A DNA stretch of 64,000 nucleotides, taken from positions 44,185,847 through 44,249,846 of the forward strand of contig CP154954.1 in assembly GCA_039621445.1 (NCBI GenBank), in the 5' to 3' direction. The stretch is from Euglena gracilis. Lineage: Eukaryota. This document shows, piece by piece, positions 26,432 through 64,000 of the stretch (position 1 is the first letter of the stretch; each line of letters opens with the position of its first letter). Below the pieces are notes generated by a model, which saw only the letters and a list, made by a program, of their open reading frames with translations, did no database searches and was not told the DNA's origin. The position numbers were made by a program, and so were the translations under genes.

Positions 26432-28989
26432 GCACACACACATACACAACACACACACAAACACACAAATCCAAACACAACTACAACTACACAAACACCG
26501 ACAGAACTGTCAGCCCACCTCTTGGGGAGTCGTCACAATCACCGCACCAGAGGGGTTGTAAGGCTGTGAAAAGAAAAAAGAAGCAGCAGAGGAGATTATG
26601 TGCGCTTTCGAGCACCCCCAGAGACAGCAGGCAACCTGCGCGAACACACCTTTGGTTCACTACCCCCCCCCTGGGCGCTTGGCCCAGGCCATAATTAAAA
26701 AAAAAAGAAAAAAAGGTAAGGCCAGGGGGCCAACCTTAGGGGGAAAGTTTGCATGTAAAGAATTTTGGCCTCCATGTGCAAAAAGCCGAAGGCCAACTTT
26801 AGGGAGGCCAAGTTTTCATGTAAGGAGGAGGGCGGGCCAAGCGCCTGGGGGGTACCTGGATAATGCCGGCCCTTTACAATCCGCAATGTGGTTTGGGCTT
26901 CCCTCCCCCTCCTCTCCAACGGATGTGTCAGCCACCAGCCCCACAGCAGTCAAAAGACGAATGTGTGGTGGTATGTGCATATGTTGCCGGCGGCATACAA
27001 TCAGGTTGGCGCACGTGGCGATGTGTTCGTCGCTGGTCCCCGGGGGTGTGTCGATGATGAGGTAGTCCAGCGGCCCCCAGTTGACGTCGGTGAAGAACTG
27101 CGGCACGAAACACCCAGGGCGATGGGCAGCCCCAACTGCTTCACTTCACACGCCAGAACGCGAATCCCAGCCAGGTCCAAAAATATGACGTTTTTGTACG
27201 CGACTTTTCGGGCTGAATTTTCTTAATCCAAACTCTGTGAATCAAAAAGGTGGACTTTGTTTCCAAATTGGAACAGAAGGGAATCCGGGTTGCAAGAATT
27301 TCCAAAAAACCCTCCACTGTTCGAGACGACTTCGGCCAGGGTTCTTTCCTACGATGTTGCCAAGAGCAGGCACTACCCCCTGCCTCCCCCCAGGTTGACT
27401 TCAGGTCATAACGGGTCCGACCCAAAAAAACTTTCCTTGAAAACCTCCCACCCCCAAAATCAGACCCCAGGCCGAAAAAATCCAACCCCTGGTCGGAAAA
27501 AAAAACCACTTTCCCTCTCAACCAATAGCACCCCCCCCCCCTGGTTGCACTAAAGCTTCTTGTTTGTTTATGGCCGGCGCTAACTTCGCTTCTGGCCCAG
27601 TTTGCTGTGTGGTGGCCAGGTACCCTTACACCAGTGCTCTTTTGTTGCTCCACCTGGCCGGGTGAGCAACTCTGGTGTAATTCCAGCACCCCCCCCCCCC
27701 CGGAGAGCGGAGAGGGTCTGCATTTTCTTTGAACAAAAACCTGATCTTCTTGGCAAATCTCAAAAGTATGATGAGCGTCATTTTTTTGGGTAAAAAATGC
27801 CTTTTCTTCTGTGCCACATGTGCAAAGACTTGCAGCTTGTATTGCGGACATTTTTGATGATGTGTAACCTGGCTGTCTGATTTTTCTCGACGCCAGGCAA
27901 TTTTTCATTCACCAATTCTGTCCACCCCAGTTCCCGCAGTTCTTGCATGGTGCTCAAGAGACTCCTCTCTTGAGCTGGAGTGTTCTCTGCAGCAGCTTCA
28001 GTTCCAGTGAATGAAATGACATGCATTCAATCGATCAATCAACTGTTCGCAATGAACGTGTGAAAATACTCCGGCGTTCACAACAAAAACGGAGCGCTGG
28101 GACCTGTTTGATCATGGCGTTCTTGCGGGGCCCCCGCCACACGATCGCGTCGTCGGGGCCCACCATGAAGCCGATGGAGATGGCCCGGGGGCAGGCGGCG
28201 GACCGCTGGCCGCCGTCGGGGCTCCGATGTCACAAAGCAATGGTGGCTGCTGCCTGGCTTCCTGCCTGGCCATCCCGTTGCAACAGATTGCGTCGGCCAA
28301 AGCATCAAACAGCCGCAATAGATATAAAGAGAAGAAGGCATGCAATATTGACATGGGTTTTGGGGGGGGTATTTCAACGTAGGTTTGAAGGTGTGATGAG
28401 CACGCCCTCAGCTACTCAGCCTCATGGTCGAAACTTCATTTATGGCCATTTATGGCCAAGGGTTCATTTATGTGCTTCAGTGCATGGAAAGCACCGAAAA
28501 CATACTCATTCACTCCTTTATTTACTTGTGCTCATGCAATAAAAAACAAAAAAAAGGAATACAGCGTCTTTGCCATGAATGCACACTGCACCTGCATTTC
28601 TCCCACTCATACAAAAACACACGATCAGTGATGCTCAGCACACACACACACACACAATACACACATACACACAACACAACGCAACACAACACACACGCAC
28701 ACGCACACACACACAAGAACGCGCACACAAGAAGAAAGACCAGATCCAGCGGCCTGGGGATAATTGTCCTGCCTGCTCCCCACTGACTGGCACGGCGATC
28801 GGTGTCCACCCCTCGGGTCTGCCGGGAATGAGAAACGTTACATTTCAACTTATTCGATGACGCGCTGGTTCAAGAGAAAAAATTATGAAAAAAGGAGATG
28901 CCACGGATAACCGCCATCCCAAGCCCAAATTCCTGAAACTGGCACACACACACATACACACACATACATGCACACACACACACACACGC

Positions 28990-29035
<46 letters not shown>

Positions 29036-30355
29036 ACACACACAAACAAACGACGTGCCACGACGGCAGCGCGCACACACCCCTGAGCGACGTCGCGGCC
29101 CTCCACGCCCAGGATCTTCGGCACGCTCGGCCCGCAGATGTCGACGTCCAGGATGCCCACGCGGTGCCCCTCCAGCGCGAGGGTGAGGGCCATCTGGCAC
29201 GCCACGGTGCTCTTCCCCACGCCCCCTGTGCCCCGCGGGAACCCCACGGATGGCCCCGACACCAGTCAATGCCGGGTTGGGTGAGCGGGCGACACACAAA
29301 GCGTCGCGACGGAGGGGGAACGACACGCAAGGCACTTTGCTTGGTGAACACCCGAAGGTGCACTTGCTGGGCCCTGGGAAACTGTCACCAGACAAGTCAG
29401 GGAGTACAGCGGTTGGTGACAGGTCCCTCCCTGTGTGGACAGATCAGCGAGTATGGGACCGGAGGACAGTTTCCCGGGGGGGGGGGGTGGATCAGAGGGA
29501 AAAACTGACATTTGACCCCCCCCCCCAACCGACACAAAAACCCGAGAATTCGGGGTTTCACATATTTGTGGTCAGAAGCCAGATGAAAATGGAGGAATTT
29601 TTTTTCAACTCAGGAAACATGCTTTTTTCAACAAAAAAAGGTGAAAATTCTCAAAAAAATATGGTCAGTGGGTGCAAAGGTTGGTGACAGGCTCCTATGA
29701 GGATGGGTTCGTGGGTACAGAGGGTAGAGGACAGTTTCCTGGTGGGGAGAGTTTCCCCGAAGGGGAAGGGGTGGGTATCATAATGTCATGAACGACTATG
29801 AATGCATTTGTTAATATGTCAATTACCACAAAAAAACCAAAAAGACCCCATAATTGTTAGAAAATCTTCATTCCTTCCTTGGTGCGTTCAGAACATAAAG
29901 AAAATTAACTGCACACCCTCCTTATCTCATCCCGCCTCACCCCACTTCACACTATTCCCTTCTACATTCATCCAATATCCCGTACGGAAAAATCTGTTCC
30001 ACTTTTTTTTGGGTCAGCAGGATGTTTGGAAGCAATGGAGCCTTCTGACGGAAAGCGGTTGGTGGGGGGGGGGCGGGTTCTGGTTAGCGGTTTCGCAGAA
30101 CAAACCAGCAGAGAAAACGAGAATCCATCCCTGCCGGGGGGCGGCGGGCACGGCACACCAGGGTTCGATATAAGGAGAGGGGGGGGGGTGGTCCGGACCC
30201 CCCCCCCCTGCGGGCCAGGAGGGGGGGGGGGGGGGCACCCCCCCCCACCTAAACCATGTACGCCCTCCTTATATCGAACCCTGCGGCACACCCTTGCCGC
30301 TCAGCACCAGGACCACGTGCTGGATGAGGGCCATCCGGGCGGCCAACTCGTCCAT
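24707..30355 (-). CDS. NUBP2: Cytosolic Fe-S cluster assembly scaffold Cfd1/NUBP2 (10 exons)
   Basis: Exons: 30355-30292, 29225-29081, 28818-28789, about 28231-28104, 27097-26999, 26563-26519, 25830-25737, 25381-25293, 25201-25157, 24841-24707. Motifs: [81 protein letters not shown]. The short N-terminus lacks the Nbp35 Cys cluster. Frame at the start of exon 4 is unresolved. Confidence 0.93.
24842..25156 (-). other. Non-conventional intron with a relic TSD
   Basis: CGC|GGC-CAG ... CTG-GGGGC|GGC. The 8-mers outside the CAG...CTG core are GCCGCGGC and GGGGCGGC (6/8 match). Confidence 0.8.
25382..25736 (-). other. Non-conventional intron splitting the CPHC motif
   Basis: GTC T|GCG-CAGCGGGCC ... 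GGCCCCGCTG-GCCCC|GC CCG CAC TGC. It contains a copy (about 25440-25640) of the repeat that fills 17048-20048. Confidence 0.88.
26663..26852. mobile_element. MITE with TA flanks (Tc1/mariner-like)
   Basis: TA-CCCCCCCCCTGGGCGCTTGGCCC ... GGGCCAAGCGCCTGGGGGG-TA. Confidence 0.65.
30159..30283. mobile_element. 125-bp hAT-like MITE at the first splice donor of Cfd1
   Basis: Perfect 19-bp TIR CAGGGTTCGATATAAGGAG; perfect TSD CGGCACAC at 30151-30158 and 30284-30291. Confidence 0.95.
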
Positions 30356-30999
30356 CGGAAGGGGAGAGCGCCTGCCAGCGGAGCAAGCCACCCCCAGGCG
30401 GTGGGTGACCTGGGGGGGGGGGTTCGGGCCGCTCCCCTGTTTTCGCCCCAATTGTTCTGGAATCCGCAGGTGTGTTCGTTGGGGGGGGGGGTGTTGATTG
30501 TGCGGTCACAAAATAATGGGAATTGTGGGAGTATGGGAAGCCACTGGACTTTCCGTCGTTTTTTTTTGTGTTCCATTTTCCTCGCACCGTTCCCAAGCCC
30601 TGAAGAGGAGTCATTTGCAGGGGTAATCAAATTCCAGACAAAAAAATGACAGGGAGTAATGAAATATATCACTTTTTTGGATCCAGATCGGCACAGAGCC
30701 TTGATACTGCTACTCTTCTTCGAGAATGCTATCAGCGCCTGACTTTGGGCATTTTTTTTTTAAACATAATGAACAACTACTGCCATTTTCTGCACTTTTT
30801 TAATTTTCAATTTAATTCATTTTCCATTTTTGAGTTTTTTTGCGTCGAGTTTTTTGAGGGTCCATATTGTGTTCCCCCCATCATATCTCCCATCGGTTTT
30901 TTTTGCATCTTTTTTATTTCCCCCAGTTCCCGTCGACTGTAGCATATTTGGACATTGTGTGTATCCTTGCGGATGGTTTTTCACTGCCCGAGGACAGCC

Positions 31000-61711
<30,712 letters not shown>

Positions 61712-61968
61712 GGTGGGCGGGACCTGTGGCAGGGAGCGGTGAGGCGATGGCAGGGAGCGGTGAGGCGACGGTTCCCAGCCCAACGGGTAACCCCCGTGGG
61801 GGGTGTCCTCGACCCTTCGGCACAAATTTTTATTTGTGTTATTTGGATCCCACTGACCACGTGCCCTTTTGGACTCGGGGCAAGGGGCAACCAACTGTGG
61901 GAGAGTGGCTTGAGGGTTTGAGCCGGGGCTGACATTTTTTGCTGGTTTTGGACTTCGGACATTCCAAT

Positions 61969-62280
61969 CATGCTTGTGCTTACCGACCGGGGGGGGGAGA
62001 GGGGTGGGTGGGTGCTATAGGGTGCCTGCCCCTAGCAGGCACCCCCCCGGGGGGGGATAGGGGTCCGGGCCGGACCCAGAAAATTTTCATTAAAAATGGC
62101 CTTTTCCGGGCCCCCGGCGCCAAAGGCGCCGGGGTTGGAGGGGGGTGCCTGCTAGGGGCAGGCACCCCCCAAAACCCTACCCCCCCCCCCCCCGCGGGGG
62201 GGGATCGGGTGCTATGGGGTGCCTGCCCCTAGCCCCCCCCCCCCCCCCGTGGGGCAGGCACCCGACTGAGCACAAGCCTG
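61969..62280. mobile_element. 312-bp hAT-like MITE
   Basis: TIR CA(T/G)GCTTGTGCT; perfect TSD ATTCCAAT at 61961-61968 and 62281-62288. Confidence 0.9.
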
Positions 62281-62769
62281 ATTCCAATTGCAACTGCAAT
62301 GCAGCCCAGGATGGGGGACCACAGAGCGTCCACCTGCCCCCCAAAAACGTCCAAAAGTTTTAATTTTGCTGCTGTCACTGGAGGAGTTCAATCACTCACG
62401 TTTCAGAGAAGAGAATGAAAAGGTGCCATAAACACACCCTTTCCAAACAAAGGAAGGAAATCAAAGACTTTGAGCATCCCCTTTGCATTGACTTTGAGTA
62501 AAACAAATTTTTCTTGGGTGTGATGAAATGGGAAGAAATGGAATTTGAAAAACGAGAATTTCCTTGGGGGACTTTTTTCTTCCTTTCGAAACGGACATTT
62601 GTAATGAAACTAAATATTCTTACAAATGAAACCTGTTTATTGTGGCTCCAACAGCAAAAGCTTCTTGGGAATTTGGAAAAAAGTGCATCAGTGGCACACA
62701 ACGCTGCCAGCAACGAAGACCTGCAACGTCCGAAGGTCCGCTTCAGATCGGACATACAGCGAAGATTGA

Positions 62770-64000
<1,231 letters not shown>

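Noticed and set aside
27778-28026. Intronic ORF fragments as possible transposase remnants (also 15792-16118 and 39798-40109)
   Set aside because: No catalytic DDE, BED-finger or hAT dimerisation motif recognisable by eye.

Overview
Eukaryotic, repeat-rich DNA, most likely from a euglenid (Euglena-like) nuclear genome. This is inferred from short GC-rich exons separated by long introns of three kinds: GT-AG, GC-AG, and non-conventional introns with paired ends (N3-CAG...CTG-N5|R). Three split genes lie head-to-tail on the minus strand: a large ankyrin-repeat/coiled-coil protein (about 61711 to 31000, 3' half uncertain), the cytosolic Fe-S scaffold Cfd1/NUBP2 (30355 to 24707) and an M48/OMA1-like peptidase (23821 to about 11575). 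A partial plus-strand gene with about 50-nt introns starts the window, followed by two decayed CCCH zinc-finger copies. Introns and intergenic DNA hold microsatellites and nested non-autonomous DNA transposons with CAG/CAA-initiated TIRs and 8-bp target-site duplications (TSDs), which is hAT-like. Main hunt results: (1) one such element sits in the M48 coding sequence and is exactly a non-conventional intron, its 8-bp TSD supplying the 3+5 unpaired nucleotides of the splice pattern; (2) another element with a perfect TSD brackets two apparently in-frame exons; (3) the elements repeatedly carry c-GNA-g triloop hairpins. I recognised no transposase, rRNA, tRNA or CRISPR array. All gene models were assembled by eye without RNA data, and homopolymer errors are possible.
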